From the NCBI GenBank assembly GCA_010909165.1, contig VJWM01000186.1, positions 186,001 to 250,000 of the forward strand: DNA of 64,000 nt. The letters run 5' to 3'. Source of the DNA: Anthoceros angustus (lineage: Eukaryota > Plantae > Anthocerotophyta). The position numbers and the translations under genes are program-made. The notes under the pieces were generated by a model. It worked only from the letters and a program-made list of their open reading frames with translations. It ran no database searches and was not told where the DNA came from. Below, piece by piece: positions 48,228 through 60,700 of this stretch (position 1 is the stretch's first letter; the number at the start of each line of letters is the position of its first letter).

Positions 48228-48705
48228 TTAAATCATCTTAAAGTTATTCCACACATCACTTGAAGTGGCAGCACCCAAGGTATGTGTCATCATATTCGGA
48301 TCTAGAGCAGAAATAATAATAGTTCTCGCACGCCGATCCTTTTGTTGCCATTCCAAAATAAGATCAGGGGCGGCTCCTGAAGCATGAGCAGGTTCAGACC
48401 CGTCTTCAACCCCCATCAACTCATTTTCTTCTCGAATTTGGGACACCCGCATTGCCCATATAGTGTAATCTATTAAATCCATTAAATCTATCTCTATCCT
48501 TGAATTCTATCCTAAGAGGAGTAAGAAAAGCGGGAGGCAAAGGAGAAGGTCTCGACATGTTTAATCTAGATTGTACAGCTCGTGGAGAAAAATCCCATGC
48601 AGAATACTCTATAGGTGTTTCTGTCTCTAAAGTTTCAAATAAATTGCCAAACAATGTATTGAATGCTTCACTATCATCACTATCATAATTGAGGTCAAAA
48701 TACAT
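48228..48705 (-). pseudogene. Ty1/copia gag N-terminal fragment
   Basis: EFKDRDRFNG..IWAMRVSQIREENELMG..EWQQKDRRARTIIISAL..SSDVWNNFK. Similar to the gag start at 53897-54178. Confidence 0.75.
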
Positions 48706-48793
48706 AAAAAAGAACGATCAGTACCAAAGCATATTGAGCTAAGAAAACTGATATGTATTTAGTAAAAGAAAAGTTGGAGCAAGAAAATGCTTT

Positions 48794-48852
48794 GGTATAA
48801 GTAATTCCGCCTATCACTTGTGACACCCAGGTTCGATTCCCGACAATTGTGG
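48794..48852 (+). pseudogene. tRNA-Asp(GTC)-derived relic (3' two-thirds; anticodon now ATC)
   Basis: AAGTAATTCCGCCTATCAC..ACCCAGGTTCGATTCCCGACAA resembles plant tRNA-Asp AAGTATTCCCGCCTGTCAC..ACCCGGGTTCGATCCCCGGCAA (recalled consensus). B-box is intact and T-runs follow. The 5' acceptor strand is missing. Confidence 0.55.
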
Positions 48853-50380
48853 CGTCGTCTGTTTCGAGTTTTGTTTTCTTCTCTTTTTTTTAATCTGCGA
48901 TTGGGGGCATGTGATAACCGTCTTGTCTGAGGTAACCGCCACCTTTGTCTATGACTGGTGCTGCTGCACCTTGTTGTTTCTTAGAGCGCACCCGCTTCAG
49001 CCTCCCACCAACATATCCGAATTCAACAATTCTGCTCCTGTGCCGCGCGCCTGCTGCGCGTTCAAATCGCGCGTTTGATGTGCCTACAGATCGCGGCTGT
49101 AAGTGGCAAGATTGTAGCTGCAGGATGCCTCCAAAATGGGCCGCCGTGGTGTGCGCTGCTCGAGCAAATCTCCGGGGTGCAGTCGCGGCGGTCCGTGGCA
49201 CGTCCGTGGCGGTTTCCTCCTTATAGGTTTTGGGGACAGCGTCGCCGCTGTGCGTGCGGCTGCCCTATGGGGCAAAACTGCCGTGGTTCTGTTTGTGTCC
49301 TCGGTGGAGGAGGCTTCACGGACACAGTGGTGCAGACGTCACTGATTCACAATTTTGGGATTGGACGATTTGCCGTGGTGGCCTTGCCTGTTTCATTCCT
49401 TTTAAGTGCTCTTGAGGAAAGGATGCCGAGGTGTATCAGCTGCATGTCTCCAGGAAGTGCGGCTGGGGCGCACCTTCCACGCCCTAGCTGCCTCCCTGTC
49501 ATGCTACAGCCCCCGGCAACATTTTTCTCCTTTTCTCCATTCTTCCATATTTGCTATATTGCCTCGTTTTAGGCGAGTGCTATTTTCTCATTTTTTGTTT
49601 GAAGAAAAAAAAACAGGGGCCTTCCTCGCGGCCTTCCACGAGGCGGCCCGCCCTCGTGGAAGGCGCGAGGCACGACCAAGGAGGTCCTAGCAAGGCGAGC
49701 CGCCACGCCAGCAAGTGAGCCCATGGGCGGGCACCTGGCACCGCCGCCTCATCCGACCAAAGCGGCGACAAGAGTAAAAGCCCATCTTTGTTAATCCCGA
49801 TTTCGCTTTTCCGAGAATGAGACTAACCCACAGCGAAGAGCCTAGCTTTCCTAAGCACAGATCATTCAAGGAGACTCGGATCGTCTCTATGGCTCCATCA
49901 AGCATCCGCGCAGCCCTACGTAGTGCAGGGGTTTATGTGGGCGACAAAGCCGTGATGAGACGTGTCAAGATCGAAAACTGCTGGGCTTACCCATTTCATG
50001 TTGTCAGCTCTTATAGTAAGATCCCAGCTTCAATACTCGTTGCAATCTTTTACTGTTGTGCATGTGAGATGCTAGACTAAGCTCCCACTGTCCGTGGCAG
50101 GATCCAACATACGCCTGGAAGAAGAATCGAACCTCCAATCTGAAGACAGGATTTCAGGCCAAGCAAGGAGAGAGTGGAAGGAAAACCACCGCTCCTATAG
50201 CAGCCCTGATCCTTCTGAAGATGAGGAGGAGAGTCACAGCTTGCAGTCTGGAGAATCGGAGTCCGATGGGGATTTCTATTCTTTGAAATCTCGTGATGAG
50301 ACAAACTTCAACGACTACACCGACGACGAATGCTCTTCTTTCAGCGGCCGTAGCTAGAATGCTGCCAGAATGGCTTGACT

Positions 50381-53300
50381 TTATGCACTACTACCTAGGG
50401 ACTCCGAGGAGTCACCTAGGCCTAAAAACTTTACATGCTTCTCATGTAGATCCCTGCCTAGAGCCTTTGTGAAAATGTCAGCTGGGTTTTCTTGAGTTGC
50501 TATGTATTCCAGAGATATTGTGCTTGCAGCTAGTAGCTCTCTAATCCAGTGGTATTCCACTGCCACATGCTTTGTCCTGGAGTGGAAAACGGGATTTTCA
50601 GCTAGTGCAATTGACCCTTGGTTGTCGGTTCTGATTCTTGTGCAAGCGAGCAACTCAATGCCAAGCTCCGAAAACAGCAGTTTTAGCCAAATAACCTCCT
50701 TCGCTGCAGCGGTAAGTACTCTGTATTCCGCCTCTGTGCTTGAGAGTGCAACTGTTGGTTGCTTTTTGCTTGACCAGCAAATAGGTCCTCCAGCATAGCT
50801 CACCACATAACCTGAAACTGACCTCCTCGTATCTATGTCACCTGCATAATCGGAATCGGTGTATACGTCGAGGTCTGCCACACCATCTTTGTGAGTATAC
50901 ACAATACCCCTGTTAGGTGTGCCTTTCAGATACCGGAAAACTCTCTTAACACAAGTCCAATGTGTCTGCCCAGGGTTTTCGAGATACTGGGACAGAGCAC
51001 TTGTCGAGTACGCTACCTCTGGTCGTGTTGTGTTGGCAGCATATATGAGTTTGCCCACACCTTGCTTGTATGGCACATTTCTCATATCGTCCTTCTCGGA
51101 CTGTGTAACCTAGAGCTCGCAACTCCTTGTCCAGTGCAGCATTCCATTTCATTGCGGACTGCTTAACCAGGAATTTGTGTGAAACCTCTAGCAACCAATC
51201 TGGCCTTGTATCTATCAAACGATCCATCCGCCTTGACCTTCAATTTAAAGACCCATTTACATGACACAGTTTACGCCTTGGGCAACTTTGCTAGTTCCCA
51301 AGTTCCATTCTCGATAAGAGAATCATATTCTGACTGGATTGCCTTCTCCATTCCTTGTGATCAGGCCTGCTGAGAGCTTCCTCATAAGACTATGGCTCTA
51401 TGGGATCTAATCTGTGGCGCATAAGCCTTCACATGAGAAGAGGTAATCCTGAAGTCTGGTGCATGATAGTAGTCAGGAGGTCAACGTTCACGTGTAGGGT
51501 AACGTCAGACAGGCTTTGGCTCAGGTTCAGCAGGAAGTACATCATCAACTTCCTCTAATTCCTCGTCAGTAGCATCCTGATCAGCATCAGCTTTGCATCA
51601 TCGACTGCTATCCCTGGTTGAGGAATGTGATCCTGTAGATCTGGCAGTGGCATTTCAGGTTGAATGTCGAGTTCAGGTTGTTCTTCTCCTAATCTTGCTG
51701 ATTGCCCCCTCCTGCAGGAGCATGTTCCTCAACAGGTGGAGTATGAGCAAGAGTGCCATGATCTGTCAGGTCATAGTGAGAGAGTTCAAAGGTTTCCTCA
51801 CTGTCTTCACGTTGGGGAACATGGGTGTGTGCTCCCACTGACGCCCAAGTACTTGTTTCATCGAATGTAACACTTCGAGCATAGATGACTCTGTTTGTGG
51901 GGACATCATATAGCTTGTAAGCTTTAATCCCCTCTGTATACCCCAGCATAAGCAGCTTGCGTGCCTTATCTGACAGCTTATCCGTTTCTGTTTAGGGATG
52001 AAGGCATATGCGAGACAAAGGTCCTCAAGTGTTGAATAGAGGGCTTCCTGCCTGTAAAAGCCTCATAAGGAGTTTTGCCTTCAACTGCAGTGGTGGGTAA
52101 CCTGTTCAGTAGAAAAGTTGAAGTCATCAAAGCCTCCCATAGGGTAGTGGCAAATGAGCATCATGTAACAATGAGGAGACCATCTCCTGCAATGTGAGGT
52201 TCAAGCGCTCTGCCACTCCATTCTGCTGTGGAGTGTATACGACGGTGAGTTGGCGTCCAATGCCTTCATCTTTACAGAACTGCTGGAATTCATTAGATGT
52301 AAATTCCCCCCATTATCAGATCTCAGGGTCTTGAGCTGTTTTCCTGTCCAACGCTCAGCGAATTTGATGTATTCCTTGAAGTAGGAGAAACATTCGCTTT
52401 TGTTCTTCGAGGATATAGGTGGTGACAAATCGCTCTTGTCATCTCAGAACGTTAGAAAATAACGTCCACCTCCTATGGACGCTTGAGATAAGGGTCCACA
52501 TAGGTCAAGATGTACAAGCTCAAGGAGATCATCGGACGATGAGGTGCTTTGTTCTTGAAGGCAGCTTGGTGTTTCTTCGACAACACACAAGCCTCACATA
52601 AAGGTATGGCAGTCAAAGGGCCAATAGGTCCATCTTGATACAGGTCACTCACAGCCAATTTTTGCAGCTTTGCCATGTGAGGGTGACCCAAACGTGCATG
52701 CCACAACTTAGACTTTCTTTGTTTGTTGTGCGGATGCAAGGGACATCTTGTGTCGTGGGACTCGCTACTCCATGCAAATGGAGCGGACAGATCGTGGTCC
52801 AAGACCCATGTGCAAGGACCTTTCTAGGGTCAATAGCATCTATGATTCTACAATCATCCTAGTGAAAACAACGTGATCGTTATCTCGCATTCAATCTTCC
52901 GAAATAAGGTTTCTAGTCATTTCGCACATAGTAGACTTCTAACAACATGAGTGTGATCCACAGAACTAGCAACTCAAGCGTGCCACGACCAGGTGAGACT
53001 AGAGACTGTCGTCCCCAAGGTAAACATCTTGATCTGGAAAAGACCTATATGTTTTGAAAGCATTTCTATCAAAAGCGGATGTGTGCGAGCACCGTATCTA
53101 AATACCATTCATCTATTGGTTTCATTAGCTTTGGCGAAGGCAAGTGGGAAGCGACAATGGACTAGCAAACTCCCTAGTCCCAATTGTAAGAGCTGATGGG
53201 GTATTAGCCTTCTTTACCACAACATTGGCGTCAGCGCTGGTGCCCTCCTTGCGAGGAATTCCAGCTTGCTTTTTGCGACACTCTTTTTCCCAATGTCCAG

Positions 53301-54345
53301 GCAGCTTGCACTAGTTGCAGGTGCCTGGCTCTTTAGTCTTCTTCCCAGATGAGGATCCGCCTGAGCTACCTCCCTTGGAAGGATTTCCACCACCTCCTTT
53401 GGAGAAGGATTTCTTGCCTCCTCGCCCTTGATTTGAGGTGTACAGGGCCTGTTGTTTCCCTGCTTTCTTGTGATTAGTTCTGCTTGCCTCTTCTTGCAGC
53501 ATGGAACTCACAAGTTGTGAGAATGACATCTCAGGCATCTCTATGCCTTGCTTCTTAGCTAACAGTGTAGCTTGTGTCTGAGCAGCTGTGTGGGAGGTCA
53601 CGAAGTGTGACCAAGACTCAGGAAGCGAAAGAAGGAGCCTCATCACCATCTCATCATCCTTGATGGCAACTTTAGAGGCACCCTGAAGCCGGGAGGCTAG
53701 GGTCCTAAAGGTACTCACGTGCTTCTCCACCGAGTCCCCATCCTTCATTCTCAAGTTCGAAATTTCTTAAAGTCATTGCACCGACCATGTTCGCTGAGAG
53801 TTCCTTTAGGCGATTCATGATTTCGCTGAAGTTTCCACCCCATATGCCTCAACATTTCGGTTGTCGCCATGAATGAGGTACTTGGCTCCGCTATCCTTAG
53901 CTAACCATTCTTCTTCTCCGAAGATCCTCGTCTGGTTTCACTACCTTTCCGGTTGCATGTTTTGAGCCCCTCATTTCGAGGACGCCCTCCATCCGGATCT
54001 GCCATATGTCAAAGTCATTGCCATTGAACCGATCCTTCTCCTTGAAGGATTCATTACCTCCATAGTTTGGAGTTGAGGCTGCGTCTGCCATATTTATGGC
54101 TTGTTGTTCGACCTCAGGTTCAAATTCAGCTGTATTGAATATATCCCCAAAACCGTCCTGATCGGACACACTGCTCATAACGCTTGTTGATTCTGGCGTT
54201 GCAGGTTTTGATCCCAGATCCTCCTCGTAGCTGCAATTTTGGAGCTCCTCATCTCGAACCTATTGTAGGCATACGTGGAGCAAGATGGACACGAGTTAAG
54301 TGAGCTAAAGCTTCGCTCACGATTTGTCTTACTTGCGTGTTTACA
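50381..54345 (-). mobile_element. Ty1/copia element 3, decayed, with internal RT deletions
   Basis: gag (KDRFNGNDFDIW; LLLSLPESWSHFVTS), knuckle [96 protein letters not shown]. Putative short 5' LTR at 54185-54345 (TGTAAA..TCAACA) followed by CGTTATGAGC; no matching 3' LTR found. Confidence 0.85.
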
Positions 54346-57300
54346 GGCCGTGTTTCTGAACACTGGATTTTTGAGCATCTCGGGCTTCAGCAGCATAACC
54401 AGCTTGTAGTCCAAGTGTGCAACTTGCTCCTTCAGATCATGTAAGTCAACGCTTGCTGTAGACAAGTGTCCATTAATTTGTGTGCAGCGTCTGTCCACTA
54501 TCCTGTTATTTGCTTCGATGCGATTAATTATTGTGCTGACACTCGTGTTTGTGGCAGCTTGAGTTGTGATGAAACCACGGGCTGCCGTTTCCATCAAAAG
54601 CTCTTTGTACACGCCGCAAATTTAGTGGATTTCTTGGAGGAAGAGTAAACACCAGTTACGCTCTTGAGGATAGAGAAATTCCACAATAGTATTAAATGCT
54701 CTCGGATCAGCAATTTGCATAGGTCTATTTTGGTTTTGTTGGCTCCATTGTAGGATGCGAATGTGGCGAGAAGCAATTGTGTGCCCATCAATTCTTGACC
54801 TATTTTGCCTAGGATGATTACGAGTAGCGGGGTTGTGTGACGCTGGTGCGCATCTAAATTGGCCATGTGCGAGCGATTTGTGTTTTATAAGTGCGAAATT
54901 GCATCTTATATTTCTTTTGTATTTTTCTATATATAATTTTGCCATTGGGCATTGTTCTAGTGTATGTTCATTGCAATTGCTCAAGGAGCAATTCAATGAA
55001 TGCACGCTAGAATGGCTACCTAATGCAGCAAGAATTTGTATAGATTTTTAAAGAAAAACAACACAAAATTCATTTCTTGATGTTTCTTTAAAAGTTCCTT
55101 TTCAAGAACATGTTATTATTCAAAACAATAATAAAACACATCTTTCGCACATCTTCTAATGCAGAAAATTTGTGTGTGCATACTAGATGCATCTCCATCT
55201 ATCCATTTCGATACCATGAAGATTTTATGTGAATTGAATTAATAAAACACAATTACATTATTGATTGAATTGAAAGATCGAATAAAAGAGTAACTTGCTT
55301 ATGCTTAAAAACCTAATTAAGATACCAAGTGTTACGTCACTGTAAGAGTCACAACCCTACCGAAAGGGTACTAGGTGACTAGACCTAGTTTACACATCGA
55401 GATGGGTTAACTAAACTAAGGTAACCTAACCCTAGCATGAGTCAACACATAAACAATAATTATTTCTTCACTAGCATCGCTTTAAAGCCTAGCATCCTTG
55501 AACTCATTCACATCGCCTAGCAGCAAGCCTAGCACACTAAGCCTTGCGTGGCCTAGCGTCGCTAACTCAGAAGCAATTGTGTGCCCATCAGCTGCTACAC
55601 AAAATTCCTTTTCAAGAACATGTTATTATTCAAAACAATACCAAATTCCTTCTTATTTCTTGGAGGAAGAGTAAACACGATTCGCTCTTGAGGATAGAGA
55701 AATTCCACAATAGTATTAAATGCGTCTCTCGGATCAGCAATTTGCATAGGTCTATTTTGGTTTTGTTGGCTCCATTGTAGGATGCGAATGTAATCGAGAA
55801 GCAATTGTGTGCCCATCGCAATTCTTGACCTATTTTGCCTAGGATGATTCGAGTGGTTGCGCCACCGTGCGCATCTAAATTGGCCATGTGCCGTCAGGAT
55901 TTGTGTTTTATAAGTGCAGAAAATTGCATCTTATATTTCTTTTGTATTTTTCTATATATAATTTTGCCCATTGGGCATTGTTCTAGTGTATGTTCATTGC
56001 AATTGCTCAAGGGAGCAATTCAATGAATGCACGCTAGAATGGCTACCTAAGCAAGAATTTGTATAGATTTTTAAAGAAAAACAACACAAAATTCATTTCT
56101 TGATGTTTCTTTAAAAGTTCCTTTTCAAGAACATGTTATTATTCAAAACAATAATAAAACACATCTTTCGCACATCTTCTAATGCAGAAAATTTGTGTGT
56201 GCATACTAGATGCATCTCCATCTATCCCCGCCCGATACCATGAAGATTTTATGTGAATTGAATTAATAAAACACAATTACATTATTGATTGAATTGAAAG
56301 ATCAAATAAAAGAGTAACTTGCTTATGCTTAAAACAACCTAATTAAGATACCAAGTGTTACGCCTACTGTAAGAGTCACAACCCTACCGAAAGGGTACTA
56401 GGTGACTAGACCTAGTTTACACATCGATAGGTTAACTAAACTAAGGTAACCTAACCCTAGCATGAGTCAACACATAAACAATAATTATTTCTTCACTAGC
56501 ATCGCCTAGCAAGCCTAGCATCGCCTAACAAGCCTAACATCGCCTAGCAAGCCTAGCACACTGCTTCCTAGCCTTTAAGACGCCAGCATACTTAGCACAC
56601 TCAAGTACGCTAATGCCTGCATTGCTAGCATCGCCTAACTTGCATACAGTGTTTTATCAATCTAGACGCGCCTGGCGTATACACGAGATCATCAGAATAA
56701 CAAGAGGTATCTGCACGTCGCCAAGACAAACACTCTTCCCAAGAACACACACAAAATTCCTTTACACATCGCTTCTTGGAGTCATGGCTTTGGCCTCCTC
56801 ACAACACTCTTCATTCACATATGTAGAGGATATGATCCAGGTTGTCCTCTGTGAAGAGATACATATATCTTAGCCTTGGCGTCGGTATCACCAGGTATCG
56901 TATTAGGCGGCATATCCTAAAAATATCATAAGAATACACTATAATGTGGAAGGAATATGCTAAAGCATATTCGTTGAGCTTATCCACTTAGCTATTGCTA
57001 ACAATGTTTAATTAACACTAATCAGAACTTAATTAACATAAGTATTTTAGATTAATTAATACTGATTATATACTTAAAGATGAGTAATTAGATTAATTAA
57101 TTCTAATCAAATACAAAATCCAAGTGTAGAGATTAGTGTCACACGACATGACAGCTGCCCGCTCGGGTCCTTGAGCTCATTCACATATGTAGAGATTAGT
57201 GTCACACGGCATGACAGCTGCCCGCTCGGGTCCTTGAGCTCATTCACATCTGTAGAGATTAGTGTCACACGGCATGACAGCTGCCCGCTCGGGTCCTTGA

Positions 57301-57590
57301 GCTCATTCACATCAGCTGCTCTAGCATCCTTGAACTCATTCACATCAGCTGCTCCAGTGTCCTTGAATTCATTCACATCAGCTGCTCCAGCGTCCTTGAA
57401 CTCATTCACATCAGTTGCTCCACCTTCCTTGAACTCATTCACATCGTCCTTGAACTCATTCACATGAGTTGCTCCACCATCCTTGAACTCATTCACATCG
57501 GCGGCTCCAACGCCCTTGAACTCATTCACTGATTCGCAATGTTGTAAGATTCTCAACTATATCTACTATAAAATACATGTCATCGTGACA
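54346..57590 (-). mobile_element. 5' part of another LTR retrotransposon (LTR, PBS, leader, start of a gag-like coiled-coil ORF), cut by copia element 3
   Basis: LTR at 56356-57590 with TGTCACG..CGTAACA ends. TGGTATC (tRNA-iMet PBS core) at 56347-56353. ORF MYKELLMETAARG..LHDLKEQVAHLD from 54612. Leader and part of the LTR are duplicated (54628-55560 vs 55655-56530). Confidence 0.65.
57125..57530. repeat. Compound minisatellite in the LTR: 3 x 63 bp followed by ~7 x 33 bp (core TCCTTGAACTCATTCACATC)
   Basis: 63-bp units start at 57125, 57188 and 57251; 33-bp units from ~57314. Confidence 0.92.
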
Positions 57591-57797
57591 AGACCTAAAA
57601 AATGGGTGAGAAACGCAACGTTCCACCGATACTCGTTTCATGTGCCTCGTTACACCGCCACCAGGCACAAATCTTGTCCCGAATAAGGTCTCATCCTCCA
57701 GTGTTTATGTAATGGAAACATTGGGCAAAGCGGGTGAAAAATTGCACTTTGACTGCGCGCGCACCTTCCAGAAAGGAACCAGCATAACTACGGCACA

Positions 57798-60700
57798 CTA
57801 CACTAATTTTCTGCTTCTTCCCTTTCCCCTCCCGCTTCCACCTTTCCTCTTTTTTTCCGCCCACTCTTGATCATCATCTTCTTCTACTTCGGCATCCCCA
57901 TCGGTCTCAAGATCAGAAACAGCAACCAAAGTACCATCTTTCCTTTTCAGGGTCTTGTGTGATGGGTGCCCATTACTGGCACCTGCACCACTAACCGCCT
58001 CACAATGGCCTGAGCGGAATCTCTTTTTTGAACTGCTAACTGAGTAAACAGAGTAATCCATTGCGTCTTCTTTCAGCAGCCGTTTGAAAGTCTGCACCAG
58101 CCAGAAGGATTGGTTCAGAAAACGAGAAGTACAAGAGTTTACCAACTACATCACCACAATCAAATCCATGGAGTACCTGATACTGTTCCAGCATTCCACG
58201 AATTGTAGTTGGAGATGCCACGGGGAGCTCTCGTGGGCTAAATTCCTTTATGTTCTCTTTCCTCTGAAGAGCTTCTCCTGTCTTCACATGTTCAGTAGGC
58301 ATAAATGCCTAAAGCATGTTTGCCCATCAGCCCATCAGCTGCTACACAAATTACAAGTGTGCAAGAACAGGCAAGATAAAGCATGAACATATTACTCCAT
58401 AGAAGAAATTCATCAAAATATAGTCATAGTGGCCTCACCTGGCATCGAGCATCATTCAAGCCGTAGACGATCTTTAAATGTCGTTTCAATCGCAGCAGCA
58501 AAGCTAGAGCAATTGCGGCACGACATTCCTCCTGAGCAACAATACACCAGTGTTTCAGCTCTCCCCATGCTCAGCTACATTCTTCCATATGTGAAAAGGC
58601 ATGTTCGTGGATGTGTTGTAAAGATGCTAGGAGCTTCACCTTCAATTTTGCTATAGCTACCTCTGAGATTTCTCCACTTTCCTCACCGACCACAACATTC
58701 CTTTTGCAGTCATGACTGCTCGTGTTGTAGTCATATGCATCAACTCCTTCTTGTACCCTTTCTGCAGCCATAGCACCTAAGATTTTTGCCGCGACACTCC
58801 CAAGAGGTTCCTCCGAGATTGTTACCTTCAAACTTGACTCAAGAGCCCCACCGCGCACTTGCACTATGCGGTTAATTGACCAGATAACATAAAGAGGTTC
58901 TTCCGGCAGGCTAAATGGAAGTGAAGCTATTACTTCAGCACAGTACCTGGCCAGATCAGTAGCAATGGTGGTCATTCATCTTTCCATCCCAAACACTGCC
59001 TGCGATATTCAAAGCACTCATTCCCAGGCCCACCACTCCCTTCAGGTTGGTAATGAGTGCAAGGACCAAAAAGAACAAACACAGAAGAGACAACCAGACA
59101 ATTGACAATTGATATTCAAGACTTTCAGTCAGCCTCTGCATTGCAAAGTCACCATGATTGCACAAGTTTGACCAAGGAAACAAATGGATCAGGCACTCTA
59201 AGACCAGCCCGAATAGTAGACCACTTTATAAGGCTAGGTGGCTCACACTAGGAAGGGGATAATTGGTAGACCAGTCGCCACAGAATCATATTTCCGAAGA
59301 ATAGATCCAAGAAACTTATTCCTCGCAACGCGGGTGTTCCTGATAAGTTTGTAGATCCGTGCAATCCCAGCTTTTGCCGAGACTGCAGTACTGCAGTCTT
59401 CATTCACCTTAGGGCAATGCTCTATTGAGCTCAAATCCTGTGTGGAAGCAGCAGCCCCAGACTGTATGAACGTGAACGACAACTGCAAACCATCACCCAA
59501 ACGAGATTCGAAAAAAGATGGGTACCTGCACCAGATACACCAGCAATAGTCAGCATACAGAGAAAATATACCAAACAACTTTCCAAATGAGTGGCATACT
59601 TTTCGTTCATGTGGATCACAAGGCGATGTGCGAGCTTTGAGGTCGATTCCTGCTGATCCACCTCCAGCGCCACGAGTTGAGGAACGCAGGACATTGGATG
59701 AACTAGGCCCTGCCGAAGTACAATTTCCAACACCTGTGGAGACACTAAAACTTGTTACGAACGAAAAAGAATATTGTTCTGCAAATCATAAATTCAGACA
59801 ATAAAACCATATCAAGAAGAACATTGGCAATCAATGCAACCTTCAGTGCAGACAGTCGCACATCATTATTCATATCCAAACACCTCTCCAGAATAAGGTC
59901 CCAATGCAATTGGATGATTCCACCACCAACATTACTATCTCCTGCACCCGCTGCAACTGGAACGATGTTGTATCTGTCCTTGCCAGCTTCATGTGCACCC
60001 ATTTGATCCTCGACATCAGACAGATAGTCACAAAAATTTCGGAGCGTTTGCAGCTGCACATCAGAACCTCCATCAAGTTGTAGACAAGACCAGCTGCCTC
60101 CAATGTCAACAGCAAAGCCTACCTTTAGCCTAGATTCTGCAGAAGCGCAAAGAGAGGCCTCCAAGATTTTCCCAGTCTCCTTCTCCAACATAAAGCTAGG
60201 GCGAGCAATGAAGAAAACTCCTAGGGCCTTCCAACAGGCATATACCAAATTAGGAGACTTGAAGGTTGACAAGCCTTGTAATTCCCCACTTGATAGAATG
60301 AAATACTCAGAAGAGCAGAACAAATCACACCAAAACAAGCACCAGTTCTCCTCTGGATTTGCCCCAGTACAAGTACCTGTAATGCCTTGGATTTCACATC
60401 AAACTCTGGTAACCGAAGGTAATCCTTCAGGAGGTCTAAAACTCGCTGCATGGAAATTCCCTCTTGACTCATGCAATCCACCAAATCAGGGCAATAGCGA
60501 GAAAGCATACCGAGGCAGTAAAGGCAGCGAAGAATATTCTGCAGCGACCACCACTGGCCCATCAATAAGGGGGTTCAATATGCAATGAAGCTAATGAGAA
60601 TAAGACAAGGCTGCACACGTAGCAGTAGGGTGACAAAAAAGAATGAAAAAATGAAAAAAATGATGAAAAACCTCCTCAGGAACCAAATGCACTAGTCCTC

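Noticed and set aside
48794-48852. Functional tRNA gene
   Set aside because: The 5' acceptor strand and most of the D-arm are missing, and the anticodon stem is disrupted.
49990-50090. 3' LTR of copia element 3
   Set aside because: Only weak patchy similarity (GATCCCAG..GCAAT) to 54185-54345, and no PPT-TG junction.
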